A DNA stretch of 49,952 nucleotides from Omnitrophica WOR_2 bacterium RBG_13_41_10 (GCA_001805465.1 MHGH01000005.1:1-49952); one strand, 5' to 3'; positions 1 through 11,164 are shown, counted from the stretch's first letter. The notes: generated by a model not told the origin, from the sequence alone. Made by a program: numbers and translations.

Positions 1-603
1 CCTGAGTTTAGTGCGCAAGACTTTAAGTCCTGCATCAAATATATGGAATCTATTGAACGGGAGTCCACCCGTTGTAAAGGAATAGTGGAGAGCTTACTAA
101 AGTTTTCCAGAAGGCCGATTTCCCCGCAACCAGAATTGATAGATCTAGCTTTGGCTATTAACGAGACCTTGACCATCATCAGTCATCAGCTAAAGCTAAA
201 GAATATCACCTTGACCACCGATATTCCAGAGGGCCTGGGCAAGGTGCTTGGGATTACTAACCAGCTCCAACAGGTCTTTACCAACCTCATCCTCAATGCC
301 CAACAGGCCATGCCTGAGGGAGGCCAGCTAAAAATTGCTGCTCGGAATATTCTGGGTGAGAATAAGGTAGAGATAGAGTTTAAGGACAAGGGTTGCGGCA
401 TCTCCGAAGAAAACCTCAAGCATATCTTTGAGCCTTTCTTTACCACTAAACAAAAAGATAAAGGCACTGGCCTGGGTCTCGCCGTAAGTTACCAGATCAT
501 CCAGGAACACAAAGGCACCATAGAGATCAAGAGTGAAGTAGGCAAAGGCACGACGATAAGAGTTATTTTACCTCTAGCCGAGAAAGAGCACACAGTTACT
601 TAA
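1..603 (+). CDS. Sensor histidine kinase, C-terminal HATPase_c catalytic part (5' end lies outside the window)
   Basis: Frame 1 is open from base 1 ([14 protein letters not shown] precedes the listed Met). N box [10 protein letters not shown]1 DKGCGI, F box FEPFFTTK, G2 GTGLGLAV. Confidence 0.85.
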   Translation, partial: PEFSAQDFKSCIKYMESIERESTRCKGIVESLLKFSRRPISPQPELIDLALAINETLTIISHQLKLKNITLTTDIPEGLGKVLGITNQLQQVFTNLILNAQQAMPEGGQLKIAARNILGENKVEIEFKDKGCGISEENLKHIFEPFFTTKQKDKGTGLGLAVSYQIIQEHKGTIEIKSEVGKGTTIRVILPLAEKEHTVT

Positions 604-639
604 TTATATAGCTTTTAAGAACTAATAATAAGTAAGGTG

Positions 640-668
640 TTGATATTTAGGGTGTGAAGTTATATAAT
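640..668 (+). promoter_or_regulatory. Sigma70-like promoter candidate for the response-regulator genes
   Basis: TTGATA (640-645), 17-nt spacer, TATAAT (663-668). It lies 50 nt upstream of the strong SD AAGGAGG and the ATG at 720. Confidence 0.5.
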
Positions 669-719
669 TACAGCCATAGATAGATATCAAAAAAGGTTTT
701 ATAAAAAGGAGGAATATTT

Positions 720-1103
720 ATGCATCCTGGAGTTAATATTTTAGTAGTGGATGACGAAGAGATCATGCGCAATCTCTTTACCGACATCCTGCATGATGAG
801 GGCCATCAGGTAACTACTGTTTGTAATGGAAAAGAAGCACAACCAAAGGTGCAAAATTCATTCTTTGATATTGCCTTTGTAGATGTGCATATGCCGGTAA
901 TGGATGGAATAAAAACATTGAAGATGCTCAGAGAAGCCAGCCCCGACACTAATATAGTAATGATGGATAGCCTGCCTCAGTATGCCCTTGATGAATTCAT
1001 AAAAGAAGGGGCAGTGAGCTGTATCCATAAGCCCTTTAATATAACGGAAGTCAGGGCAGTGGTAAGTAAGATTATCAAAAAAGGAAAACCCGATGGCCAA
1101 TGA
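720..1103 (+). CDS. Single-domain response regulator (CheY-like receiver)
   Basis: ILVVDDEE acidic pocket, FVDVHMPVMDG phospho-acceptor Asp context and a conserved Lys (IHKPF). SD AAGGAGG is upstream. Confidence 0.85.
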   Translation: MHPGVNILVVDDEEIMRNLFTDILHDEGHQVTTVCNGKEAQPKVQNSFFDIAFVDVHMPVMDGIKTLKMLREASPDTNIVMMDSLPQYALDEFIKEGAVSCIHKPFNITEVRAVVSKIIKKGKPDGQ

Positions 1104-2613
1104 AAATGTCTTGGTTATCGACGATGAATTAGTACTCTGCGAACTCCTCAATGATTTATTAAAAGATAGAGGCTATAGCGTGAAATATGCCTTATCAGGA
1201 AGAAACGGCATTAATACCTTTAAGGGGGGCGGTTTTGATCTGGTGATGCTGGATTTAAAGATGCCTGATATGGATGGCATAAACGTGCTAGAAGAGATTA
1301 AAGGGTTTGATCCGGATAGCGCGGTGATTATTATGACCGGGTACCCCTCTTTTGAGACTGTCCGGGCGGCATTAAGAGGGGGGGCCTATGATTATGTTAC
1401 CAAGCCCTTTAATATAGAAGAGATATCTTTTGTGATAAAAAGGGCAGTTGACTTTAGGAATCTTTCTCTTACTAACAAGAGCTTAATGAAAGAGCTGGAA
1501 GAGCAGAATAATAAACTGGAAGAGATGGTAAAAGAAAGAACAAGAGAGCTGATCCTGCTTTATAGAATAGGCAAAGACATGTCCTCTAGCCTGAAGCTAG
1601 ATGAGGTATTAGAGATTGTTGTAGATAATATGAGTAAAATCATGGATTCGGAAATATGTTCTATCCTCTTATTAGACAAGAATACTGAAGAATTATCAAT
1701 TGGATATGCTCAGGGATTAGAAGAGAATATTGTTCGCCAGACAAGAATGAGAAAGGGAGATCCGATCTCAGGGTGGGTGGTGGAACACGGCGAACCGCTT
1801 TTAGTAGATGATATTGAGACCGACCCTAGATTTATGAAAAAGAATCAAGAGAAATATTATACCAAATCTTTAATCAGCGTACCTTTATTAGTTAAGGATG
1901 AGGTTATCGGAGTAATCAATATTAACAATAAGAGGACAAAGACGCCTTTTACTAAAGATGATTTGAGATTCGCAAAAGGGGTAGCTACTGAAGCTGCCAT
2001 TGCCATAGAAAATGCCCGGTTATTTACTTCACTTGAAGATAGCTACATGCGTACGGTTCTAGCTTTGACTTCGGCTATCGATGCCAAAGATCATTATACC
2101 AAGAGTCATTCCGAACATGTTTCTAAATATGCGGTAGGTACGGCTATGGAGCTTGGACTTTCGGATAAGCAAATAGAAGATATTAAAGAAGCCTGCCGTT
2201 TGCATGACTTAGGTAAAATAGGGGTACCCGATGATATCCTGACTAAAACGGATAAACTAACAGCCAACGAGTGGGACCAGATCAAATTGCATTCCTTAAA
2301 GAGTGCAGAGATATTAAGGCCGCTGATTTTTTTAGGCGACGTTATTGATATAGTTGAGCAGCATCATGAGCGCTACGATGGAGCCGGTTATCCGCACGGA
2401 CTTAGAGGAGAACAGATACATATGGGTGCCAGAATTTTGGCGGTCTGCGATTCCTTTGATGCCATGACCACAGATAGGCCTTATCGTAAAGCCCTTTCTC
2501 AAGATGAGGCCGTGGCCGAAATTAAGAAATGCAGCGGTAGTCAATTTGATCCTAAGGTGGTAGAGGCCTTTTTGCGACTATTAGAAAAAAACCCGGAGAT
2601 TGCAAAAAATTAA
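1093..2613 (+). CDS. Response regulator with REC-GAF-HD-GYP architecture (putative c-di-GMP phosphodiesterase)
   Basis: N-terminal receiver (VLVIDDE, MLDLKMPDMDG, TKPF), a central GAF-like region, and C-terminal HDLGKIGVPD plus HHERYDGAGYPHGL (HD-GYP signature). It overlaps the upstream receiver gene by 11 nt. Confidence 0.85.
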   Translation: MANENVLVIDDELVLCELLNDLLKDRGYSVKYALSGRNGINTFKGGGFDLVMLDLKMPDMDGINVLEEIKGFDPDSAVIIMTGYPSFETVRAALRGGAYDYVTKPFNIEEISFVIKRAVDFRNLSLTNKSLMKELEEQNNKLEEMVKERTRELILLYRIGKDMSSSLKLDEVLEIVVDNMSKIMDSEICSILLLDKNTEELSIGYAQGLEENIVRQTRMRKGDPISGWVVEHGEPLLVDDIETDPRFMKKNQEKYYTKSLISVPLLVKDEVIGVININNKRTKTPFTKDDLRFAKGVATEAAIAIENARLFTSLEDSYMRTVLALTSAIDAKDHYTKSHSEHVSKYAVGTAMELGLSDKQIEDIKEACRLHDLGKIGVPDDILTKTDKLTANEWDQIKLHSLKSAEILRPLIFLGDVIDIVEQHHERYDGAGYPHGLRGEQIHMGARILAVCDSFDAMTTDRPYRKALSQDEAVAEIKKCSGSQFDPKVVEAFLRLLEKNPEIAKN

Positions 2614-2642
2614 AATGAGATTTTATTTTAAGGAGGCAGACA

Positions 2643-3128
2643 ATGGATGAAATATTGGAGATTTTAGAAAAAGATGCGCGGATTACCCCGGAAGAAATCG
2701 CCAAGATGCTAAAAGAACCGGCCCAAAAGATTAAAGAGACAATAAAAAAGTATGAAAAAGAAGGAGTGATATTAAAATATAAGACGGTCCTGAATAAGCA
2801 ATTATTTAAAGACGAGGATACTAGCGTCAGGGCCTTAATCGAGGTCAATATTACCCCGCAAAAAGACGTGGGTTTTGACAAAATTGCCGAACGCATCTAT
2901 TCGTTTGCGGAAGTCACCAGCTGCTATCTTATTTCAGGGACATATGATCTTTTGGTGGTAATAGAAGGCAAAAACATCCATGCGGTTTCTAATTTCGTAG
3001 CGGAAAAACTTTCTTGCCTGGAAAATGTGCGAGGTACGGTAACGCATTTTTTACTAAAAAAATACAAAGAAGACGGAGTAGTTTTAAAACATAAGGAAGA
3101 AAATAAAAGGATAGCAATATCGTACTAA
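2643..3128 (+). CDS. Lrp/AsnC family transcriptional regulator
   Basis: N-terminal HTH (ILEILEKDARITPEEIAKML) plus a C-terminal RAM/AsnC-type ligand domain. The stop abuts the start of the aminotransferase gene (TAA ATG). Confidence 0.8.
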   Translation: MDEILEILEKDARITPEEIAKMLKEPAQKIKETIKKYEKEGVILKYKTVLNKQLFKDEDTSVRALIEVNITPQKDVGFDKIAERIYSFAEVTSCYLISGTYDLLVVIEGKNIHAVSNFVAEKLSCLENVRGTVTHFLLKKYKEDGVVLKHKEENKRIAISY

Positions 3129-4289
3129 ATGAAAAATATTATTTCTAAAAAAGTTCAAGAGATGCAGCCATCCGGCATCCGGGCATTTTTTGACCTGGTG
3201 CTAGGGATGAAGGAGGTTATCTCTTTAGGAGTAGGAGAGCCGGATTTTGTTACCCCTTGGCAGATCCGCGAGGCAGGGATATCTTCTTTGGAGGAGGGAT
3301 TTACTTCTTATACCTCTAATAAAGGCCTTTATAAATTAAGGTTAACTATCAGTAACTATTTAAAGAATAGGTACGGCTTAGAATATTGCCCAGATGAAGA
3401 AATTCTCATTACCGTCGGAGTAAGTGAAGGCCTGGATTTAACCTTAAGGGCAATTGTGGAACCCGGCGATAAAATTATTGTGCCGCAACCTAGTTACGTC
3501 TCTTACGGCCCGGTAGCAGAATTAGCAGGGGCAGAGGTTACCTATATTGATACGCAAAAAACCAACTTTAAGCTCACACCCGGCCTATTAGAAAAACATA
3601 TTGATAAGAAGACCAAGGCCATCATTTTAAATTATCCCAATAACCCTACCGGAGTCTCTTATAATAAAAAAGAACTAAGCCAAATCCACAAAGTTCTATT
3701 AAAACATAATGTGCTTTGTATTTCTGATGAGGTATATGGAGATTTGACTTATGATTTTTCGCACATCCCTTTTCCTACGTTTCCTAAGGCAAAAGAGAAT
3801 ACTATGTATCTGAACGGATTCTCCAAGGCTTATGCTATGACTGGTTGGCGCGTAGGCTACGCTTGCGGCCCCAAAGAAATAATCGCAGCCATGACGAAAA
3901 TACATCAGTACACTATTATGTGCGTTTCTATCACCAGTCAAATGGCAGCATGCGAAGCACTGCATTCAGGTAAGAGGTCCTTAGAAGAGATGAAACGCGA
4001 ATATCGTAGGCGTAGGGAATTCGTAGTAGACAGATTTGGTGAAATAGGCTTAGAATGTAGAAAACCGCAGGGTGCTTTTTATGCTTTCGTTTGCATAAAA
4101 AATAGCGGCCTTAAGGCATTAGAGTTTGCCCGGAAACTGCTCAAAGAAGAAAATGTCGCGGTTGTTCCGGGGACTGCTTTTGGCAGTCAATTCGACGATT
4201 ATATCCGCGTATCTTATGCCTCCAGCTACGATAACTTAAAAGAGGCATTGGCAAGAATAGAAAAATTTGTAAAGAAAATCAAAAGATAG
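3129..4289 (+). CDS. Class I/II PLP-dependent aminotransferase (aspartate/alanine aminotransferase-like)
   Basis: YPNNPTG motif and the PLP-lysine motif SKAYAMTGWRVGY. About 386 aa, typical for the family. Confidence 0.85.
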   Translation: MKNIISKKVQEMQPSGIRAFFDLVLGMKEVISLGVGEPDFVTPWQIREAGISSLEEGFTSYTSNKGLYKLRLTISNYLKNRYGLEYCPDEEILITVGVSEGLDLTLRAIVEPGDKIIVPQPSYVSYGPVAELAGAEVTYIDTQKTNFKLTPGLLEKHIDKKTKAIILNYPNNPTGVSYNKKELSQIHKVLLKHNVLCISDEVYGDLTYDFSHIPFPTFPKAKENTMYLNGFSKAYAMTGWRVGYACGPKEIIAAMTKIHQYTIMCVSITSQMAACEALHSGKRSLEEMKREYRRRREFVVDRFGEIGLECRKPQGAFYAFVCIKNSGLKALEFARKLLKEENVAVVPGTAFGSQFDDYIRVSYASSYDNLKEALARIEKFVKKIKR

Positions 4290-4300
4290 GAGTTAAAGGC

Positions 4301-5629
4301 ATGAAGCCAAAAACCAATAGTGATGTTATGAAGTTAGTAAAAGAGAAAAAAGTAAGGTATATCAGGTTGTGGTTTACCGACGTATTGGGGTTCTTAAAAG
4401 GGTTTACCATAACTGTAAATGAACTGCCGCGCGCTTTAGGCGACGGCATGGGTTTTGACGGCTCTTCTATTGAAGGCTTTGCGCGCATAGAAGAATCTGA
4501 TATGATTGCCCGGCCTGATATAAGCACCTTTAAAATACTACCTTGGGAATCTAAAGAGCAGCCGGTAGCGCGCATGTTTTGCGATATTTATACCCCTGGC
4601 GGCAGGCCTTTTCCAGGGGACCCCCGCTATATTTTAAAAAAGAATTTAGGGCGCGCTAAAAAAATGGGATATACCTATTATGTGGGCCCGGAATTAGAAT
4701 ATTTTTATTTTAATAACCCCAAGAATGCCATTATTCTGGATAAGGGAGGGTATTTTGATTTAACCCCTTTAGATCTTGCCCAGAGTGTGCGCAATGAAAC
4801 CGTCAATGCCCTGGAAGATTTAGGCATTATCGTAGAATACAGCCATCACGAAGTAGCCTCCAGCCAGCATGAAATTGATTTAAGGTATTCCGAGGCCTTA
4901 TCTATGGCAGACAATGTGATGACTTATAGATTAGTGGCCAAGGAGATTGCGCAGGCAAAGGGCTTACACGCTTCCTTTATGCCTAAGCCGGTTTATGGGA
5001 TTAATGGTTCGGGTATGCACACACACCAATCGTTATTTAAAGGTTCAGCCAACGCCTTTTTCGATAAAAAAGAAAAATACCATCTTTCCAAGATTGCCAA
5101 GCATTTTATCGCCGGCCTGTTAAAACATTCTCCGGAGATAGCCTCGGTGACTAACCAATGGGTTAATTCTTATAAGCGCTTGGTGCCGGGTTATGAAGCG
5201 CCGGTATATATCTGTTGGGCGCAGATGAACCGCTCGGCATTAATAAGAGTACCGATGTATAAGCCGGGAAAAGAAAAAGCCACGCGCATGGAGTATCGTT
5301 CACCTGATCCGGCTTGTAATCCGTACCTGGCATTCTCCGTCATGCTTGCAGCAGGCCTGGAAGGAATGGAAAAGAAATATTCGCTTCCTGACCCGGCAAA
5401 CGATAATATTTATCATATGAGCGAGGAACAGAGAGAGCGTGCCAAAATAAAATCCCTACCAGAAGACTTATTGGAGGCAATTAAATTAACGGAGAAATCC
5501 GAGCTTGTGAAGAAGACGCTAGGGGAAGAGCTGTTTAATTTCTTTATCCGTAATAAAAAAATGGAGTGGGATGAATACAAGGCACAGGTGACCCAATACG
5601 AAATAGACAAGTACCTGCCGATATTATAA
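4301..5629 (+). CDS. glnA: Glutamine synthetase, type I
   Basis: FDGSSIEGF, NGSGMHTHQSL, and a conserved C-terminal catalytic region. 442 aa. Confidence 0.93.
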   Translation: MKPKTNSDVMKLVKEKKVRYIRLWFTDVLGFLKGFTITVNELPRALGDGMGFDGSSIEGFARIEESDMIARPDISTFKILPWESKEQPVARMFCDIYTPGGRPFPGDPRYILKKNLGRAKKMGYTYYVGPELEYFYFNNPKNAIILDKGGYFDLTPLDLAQSVRNETVNALEDLGIIVEYSHHEVASSQHEIDLRYSEALSMADNVMTYRLVAKEIAQAKGLHASFMPKPVYGINGSGMHTHQSLFKGSANAFFDKKEKYHLSKIAKHFIAGLLKHSPEIASVTNQWVNSYKRLVPGYEAPVYICWAQMNRSALIRVPMYKPGKEKATRMEYRSPDPACNPYLAFSVMLAAGLEGMEKKYSLPDPANDNIYHMSEEQRERAKIKSLPEDLLEAIKLTEKSELVKKTLGEELFNFFIRNKKMEWDEYKAQVTQYEIDKYLPIL

Positions 5630-6361
5630 ATGGCCAAAAGAAAAAATAAAAAAAGTTATCAGATTTATTTAAAACAGATTGAAGCAATTTCTAAGGTAGC
5701 TAATCTGATTACTTCAGGTTTATATTTAGAGGAGCTTTTACGCCTTGTGGTCCAGGTTACTGCAGAAACTATGAATTCAAAAATCAGTTCCCTTATGCTG
5801 CTTGATCCTGACACCAAAGAACTGGTAATTAAAGCAACGCAGTCGGTTTCAGAAAGCTACAACAAGAAACCCAATCTAAAGTTAGGCGAAGGCATAGCCG
5901 GGTTAGTGGCAAAAGATAATAAAACCATATGCGTTCTAGATATCCGGGAAGATAGCCGTTATCTAAACAGAGAGGTCGCTAAAAAAGAAAATTTATGTTC
6001 TTTAGCCAGCGTGCCTCTGGCGGTAAAGGCCAGAGTAATCGGAGTACTAAACTGTTATACATCTAAGAAACATAAATTTACTAAACCGGAATTAGATGTC
6101 TTAACTGCTTTAGCTAATCAGGCAGCAGTAGCTATTGAAAATGCAGAATTAAACTTAAGGGCGCTTAGTGCTGAAGAAGCATTGACGACCCGTAAACTTA
6201 TTGAACGGGCAAAGGAGATACTTTCTCAGGAAGCGAATATTTTACCATCCGAGGCTTATCGGCTGATTCAGAAACAAAGCATGGACAGCCGTAAATCTAT
6301 GCGTGAAATTGCCGAGGCCATAATTCTAGCTAAGGATATAAAATTAAAGAATAAGACATAA
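5630..6361 (+). CDS. GAF domain plus ANTAR RNA-binding (antitermination) domain protein
   Basis: N-terminal GAF (GEGIAGLVAKDNKTICVLD, SVPLAVKARVIGVLNCY). C-terminal ANTAR-like helices (LTTRKLIERAKEILSQE, AYRLIQKQSMDSRKSMREIAEAII). The start abuts the glnA stop. Confidence 0.8.
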   Translation: MAKRKNKKSYQIYLKQIEAISKVANLITSGLYLEELLRLVVQVTAETMNSKISSLMLLDPDTKELVIKATQSVSESYNKKPNLKLGEGIAGLVAKDNKTICVLDIREDSRYLNREVAKKENLCSLASVPLAVKARVIGVLNCYTSKKHKFTKPELDVLTALANQAAVAIENAELNLRALSAEEALTTRKLIERAKEILSQEANILPSEAYRLIQKQSMDSRKSMREIAEAIILAKDIKLKNKT

Positions 6362-6371
6362 GGAGGAAGGC

Positions 6372-6614
6372 ATGCGCGAACACCTAGGTTTTTTAAGAAC
6401 TTCCAGTATGGTAGTCAAGATTGCGGCTTGGGTTTTTTTATTTTTTGGCATAACCGGAGGCATCGCCATTATGTTAGGGCGGGTCCCCGGCACCCCGCCC
6501 ATTAGGGGATTAATAGGTTTAGGGTTATATGCATTTGCTTTCTTTTTCTTTTATCTGATTGCCAAGATCGCGGATTTGTTGATTAAGATAATCAATGAGA
6601 TAAAAAAAGAATAA
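6372..6614 (+). CDS. Small integral membrane protein, unknown function
   Basis: 80-aa ORF with two hydrophobic spans. SD GGAGGAAGG is upstream. No recognisable family. Confidence 0.5.
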   Translation: MREHLGFLRTSSMVVKIAAWVFLFFGITGGIAIMLGRVPGTPPIRGLIGLGLYAFAFFFFYLIAKIADLLIKIINEIKKE

Positions 6615-6627
6615 GCGCAAAGATTTC

Positions 6628-6655
6628 TTGACAAAATAAGGTTTCATGTTAATAT
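6628..6655 (+). promoter_or_regulatory. Strong sigma70-like promoter candidate with an extended -10
   Basis: TTGACA (6628-6633), 16-nt spacer, TGtTAATAT (TG at 6647-6648, hexamer at 6650-6655). Confidence 0.55.
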
Positions 6656-6681
6656 CTTACTAATTTAGATAAAGGACGAAG

Positions 6682-6719
6682 GCGTCCACAAATCAAAGTG
6701 GGCGCTTTTTATTTTTTTT
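6682..6719 (+). terminator. Intrinsic terminator. Either the gdhA leader attenuator or the terminator of the glnA operon
   Basis: 8-bp stem GCGUCCAC/GUGGGCGC (one G-U pair), 8-nt loop, then TTTTTATTTTTTTT. An alternative hairpin GGACG-AAGG-CGTCC (6674-6687) overlaps the 5' arm. Confidence 0.7.
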
Positions 6720-6729
6720 AAAGACCTGT

Positions 6730-6744
6730 GCCTATTTAATAGGC
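6730..6744. promoter_or_regulatory. Perfect 15-bp palindrome, operator-like, just upstream of gdhA
   Basis: GCCTATT-T-AATAGGC, a 7-bp inverted repeat around a single central base. It lies 40 nt upstream of the gdhA ATG and next to TATAGT/CATAAT -10-like hexamers. Confidence 0.4.
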
Positions 6745-6757
6745 AATTAATGTATAG

Positions 6758-8122
<1,365 letters not shown>

Positions 8123-8180
8123 TTGAATTTGCAAATCTCAAACTATATATTATAATAATATACATAGTGGTTAAGAAGAC

Positions 8181-9704
8181 ATGAAAAGAATAGGTTTTGA
8201 TAATGAAAAATATTTAAAAGAACAGACTGCCGCTATTTTAGACAGGGTAAAAAAATTCAATAATAAACTGTACCTGGAGTTCGGCGGAAAGCTCTGTTTT
8301 GATTATCATGCCGCCAGGGTCCTGCCGGGGTATGACCCCAATGTAAAGATAAGATTGCTGCAGCAGTTAAAGGATAAAATAGATATAGTCCTGTGTATTT
8401 ATGCCGGCGATATTGAAAAGGGCAGGGTACGCGGAGATTTTGGCATAACTTACGACGCCGCAACCTTAAAGTTGATTGATGATTTAAGAAAATGGGGCTT
8501 GGATATAAGGGCAGTCGTGATTACGCGTTTTAATAACCAGTCAGCGGCAGTTATTTTTAAAAATAAATTAGAACGGCGTAGCGTAAAGGTATGCCTGCAT
8601 TATCCTATTGAAGGTTACCCCACAAGTATAGATTTCGCAGTAAGCGAAAAAGGTTTTGGTAAAAATGAATATATAGAAACCAAAAATCCCATTGTGGTGG
8701 TTACAGCACCCGGGCCGGGTAGCGGAAAATTAGCCGCTTGTCTTTCACAATTGTACCAAGAGCATAGACGGAGAATAAATGCCGGCTATGCTAAATTTGA
8801 GACTTTTCCTATCTGGAACCTACCCTTAAAACATCCAATAAATATTGCTTATGAAGCAGCTACTGCAGATATTCAGGATTTTAATTTAGTGGACCCATTT
8901 CATCTCAATCAATATAATAAAACAGCCATAAACTATAACCGCGACGTGGAAAGTTTTCCTATACTAAGGTTAATCTTAAATAAGATATTTGATAAGGGCT
9001 CTATCCTACCGATGTATAATTCTCCTACTGATATGGGTGTTAACCGTGCAGGTTTTGGCATTGTAGACGATAAAATAGTACAGGAAGCAGCAAGGCAGGA
9101 ATTAATCCGCCGCTATTTTAGGTATAATACCGAATATGTGTTAGGGATAGAAAGGAAAGAAACCGTAGAGAAAGTAGAACTTTTGATGGAAGAGCTGGGG
9201 GTTAAGATTTCCGATAGGATCACGGTAGAGGTAGCCAGAAAAACAGCACAAGACGCAGAAGCCAAGGGTAAAGGTAACGCCGGAATATATTGCGGAGCAG
9301 CAATTCAGCTAAATGACGACCATATGATTACAGGCAAAAATTCTAAACTGATGCATGCGGCCTCAAGCGTAGTCTTAAATGCCATCAAGACCTTAGCCAA
9401 TATTCCCGATGAGATTTTATTGCTTTCCCCTCACATTATAAATCAGATTGCCAAACTGAAAGAAGGGATCCTCAATGCAGAATCCGAGAGCCTGGATTTA
9501 GAAGAGACTCTCATTGCTCTGTCTATCAGCGCTACCACTAATCATACCGCTGAGCTTGCCATGAATAGACTTGTAGAATTAAGGTCCTGTGAAATGCATA
9601 TGACGCATATCCCCACTCCGGGAGATGAGGTAGGCCTGAAGAGATTAGGAGTGAATCTTACTACCGATGGGAAATTCTCCTCCCGCAACCTCTTTGTAAC
9701 CTAA
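8181..9704 (+). CDS. DUF1846 / UPF0371 family protein
   Basis: About 500 aa. The N-terminus GFDNEKYLKEQTAAILDRV is recalled as characteristic of the UPF0371 family. Function unknown. Confidence 0.6.
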   Translation: MKRIGFDNEKYLKEQTAAILDRVKKFNNKLYLEFGGKLCFDYHAARVLPGYDPNVKIRLLQQLKDKIDIVLCIYAGDIEKGRVRGDFGITYDAATLKLIDDLRKWGLDIRAVVITRFNNQSAAVIFKNKLERRSVKVCLHYPIEGYPTSIDFAVSEKGFGKNEYIETKNPIVVVTAPGPGSGKLAACLSQLYQEHRRRINAGYAKFETFPIWNLPLKHPINIAYEAATADIQDFNLVDPFHLNQYNKTAINYNRDVESFPILRLILNKIFDKGSILPMYNSPTDMGVNRAGFGIVDDKIVQEAARQELIRRYFRYNTEYVLGIERKETVEKVELLMEELGVKISDRITVEVARKTAQDAEAKGKGNAGIYCGAAIQLNDDHMITGKNSKLMHAASSVVLNAIKTLANIPDEILLLSPHIINQIAKLKEGILNAESESLDLEETLIALSISATTNHTAELAMNRLVELRSCEMHMTHIPTPGDEVGLKRLGVNLTTDGKFSSRNLFVT

Positions 9705-9712
9705 ATCTGTTT

Positions 9713-11107
9713 ATGTCAATAAGTATAAAATTTTTAGGCGGGACAAGGACTGTTACCGGCTCCAGCCACCTCGTTTTGACCGATAAATCGGAAGTTTTAA
9801 TAGATGCGGGGTTGTTTCAGGGGCATCGTGATGCCTTTTACGAGGTTAATACTACTTTCAATTTTAACCCTCACACCATAGATGCGCTTATTTTATCTCA
9901 TGCCCATATTGACCATTGCGGGAATATACCTACCTTGGTTAAAAGGGGCCTACGCTGTAAAATCTATACTACTTCGGCAACACGCGATTTATCAAAATTA
10001 ATGCTGATGGATTCAGGAAAAATTCAGGAAGAAGATATAAGGTATATCAATAAGATCAATAAGAAATTAGATTTGCCTTTAAGAAAACCCCTTTATACTG
10101 CAAAAGATGCAATCAAAGCTGCTAAAAGGTTTCGCGCTATTTCTTACGGCCAGAAATTCTGTGTCACCAAAGATATATTCGTTACCCTATATGATGCAGG
10201 CCATATTTTGGGGTCCGCGATTATAGTTTTGGATATAAAACAAAAAGATAATGATATACGCTTAGGATATGCCGTGGATTTAGGCAGAAAGAGCCTGCCC
10301 ATCATTAAAGATCCGGTGGCACCTAAGGAGTTAGATTATTTAATTTTAGAGACTACCTACGCAGGGAGATTCCATCCGTCCATTGAAGAGGCCAAAGGAA
10401 AACTTAAAGAGGCGATCAATCGCACGGTTGGGCGTAATGGCAAGATTCTGATACCCGCCTTTAGCTTGGAGCGTACGCAGGAGGTGCTTTATTTTTTAAA
10501 CGAGCTCTTAAAAGAAAAGGCTATTCCTACTATTGCCGTATATGTGGATAGCCCTTTGGCCTTAGACGTCACCGAAGTTTTTAAAACACACGCTTCTTAT
10601 ATGAACGCCAAGACTAACCTAGCTATCGAGGGGGGCCATAGCCCTTTTGAATTTTTAAATTTGAGGTTTGTGCGCAGCCAAGAAGAATCCAAGAGCCTTA
10701 ATAATAATAAGCGGCCGATGATTATTCTGGCAGGTTCGGGAATGTGCGAATCCGGAAGAATTTTGCATCATTTAAAAAACAATATAGAAGATTCGCGTAA
10801 TACTGTTTTGGTTGTCGGCTACATGGCCCAGGATACTCTCGGTAAACGAATCGTCGAGAAGATGCGTTATGTGCGCATCTTCGGAGTAGAATACGAATTA
10901 AATGCAGAAGTGGTAGTGATAAATGCATTCTCAGGCCATGCTGACCAGAATGACCTTTGTGATTTTATCAGCGCCTGCCTTCCTTTAAAACGCATCTTTT
11001 TAGTGCACGGAGATTTAGACCAGGCTCAAAACCTTTCAAATAGGCTGATCACGCAAAACCTCAATATATATATTCCTTCTAAGGGTGAAGAAATCTTGCT
11101 TAATTAG
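9713..11107 (+). CDS. MBL-fold metallo-hydrolase of the beta-CASP (RNA-metabolising, CPSF/RNase J-like) type
   Basis: HAHIDHCG metal-binding motif, beta-CASP-like middle region, C-terminal SGHADQND motif. 464 aa. Confidence 0.78.
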   Translation: MSISIKFLGGTRTVTGSSHLVLTDKSEVLIDAGLFQGHRDAFYEVNTTFNFNPHTIDALILSHAHIDHCGNIPTLVKRGLRCKIYTTSATRDLSKLMLMDSGKIQEEDIRYINKINKKLDLPLRKPLYTAKDAIKAAKRFRAISYGQKFCVTKDIFVTLYDAGHILGSAIIVLDIKQKDNDIRLGYAVDLGRKSLPIIKDPVAPKELDYLILETTYAGRFHPSIEEAKGKLKEAINRTVGRNGKILIPAFSLERTQEVLYFLNELLKEKAIPTIAVYVDSPLALDVTEVFKTHASYMNAKTNLAIEGGHSPFEFLNLRFVRSQEESKSLNNNKRPMIILAGSGMCESGRILHHLKNNIEDSRNTVLVVGYMAQDTLGKRIVEKMRYVRIFGVEYELNAEVVVINAFSGHADQNDLCDFISACLPLKRIFLVHGDLDQAQNLSNRLITQNLNIYIPSKGEEILLN

Positions 11108-11164
11108 AGATTGTATGTTAATATTACTTTTTGCATATTCAGTATAAATTTAAGGAGGATAAAA

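Noticed and set aside
6656-6720. A canonical ANTAR target in the gdhA leader: two tandem hairpins, each with a hexaloop carrying conserved A1 and G4.
   Set aside because: Only one upstream hairpin is visible. Its loop is AAGG, or GAAGGC if the stem is shortened. The terminator loop is 8 nt. The ANTAR link is therefore reported only as a hypothesis from gene context.
11111-11164. The track's start for the L27-like ORF at 11111 (98 aa).
   Set aside because: The first 18 residues (MYVNITFCIFSINLRRIK) are unlike L27. The strong SD AAGGAGG sits just before the internal ATG at 11165.
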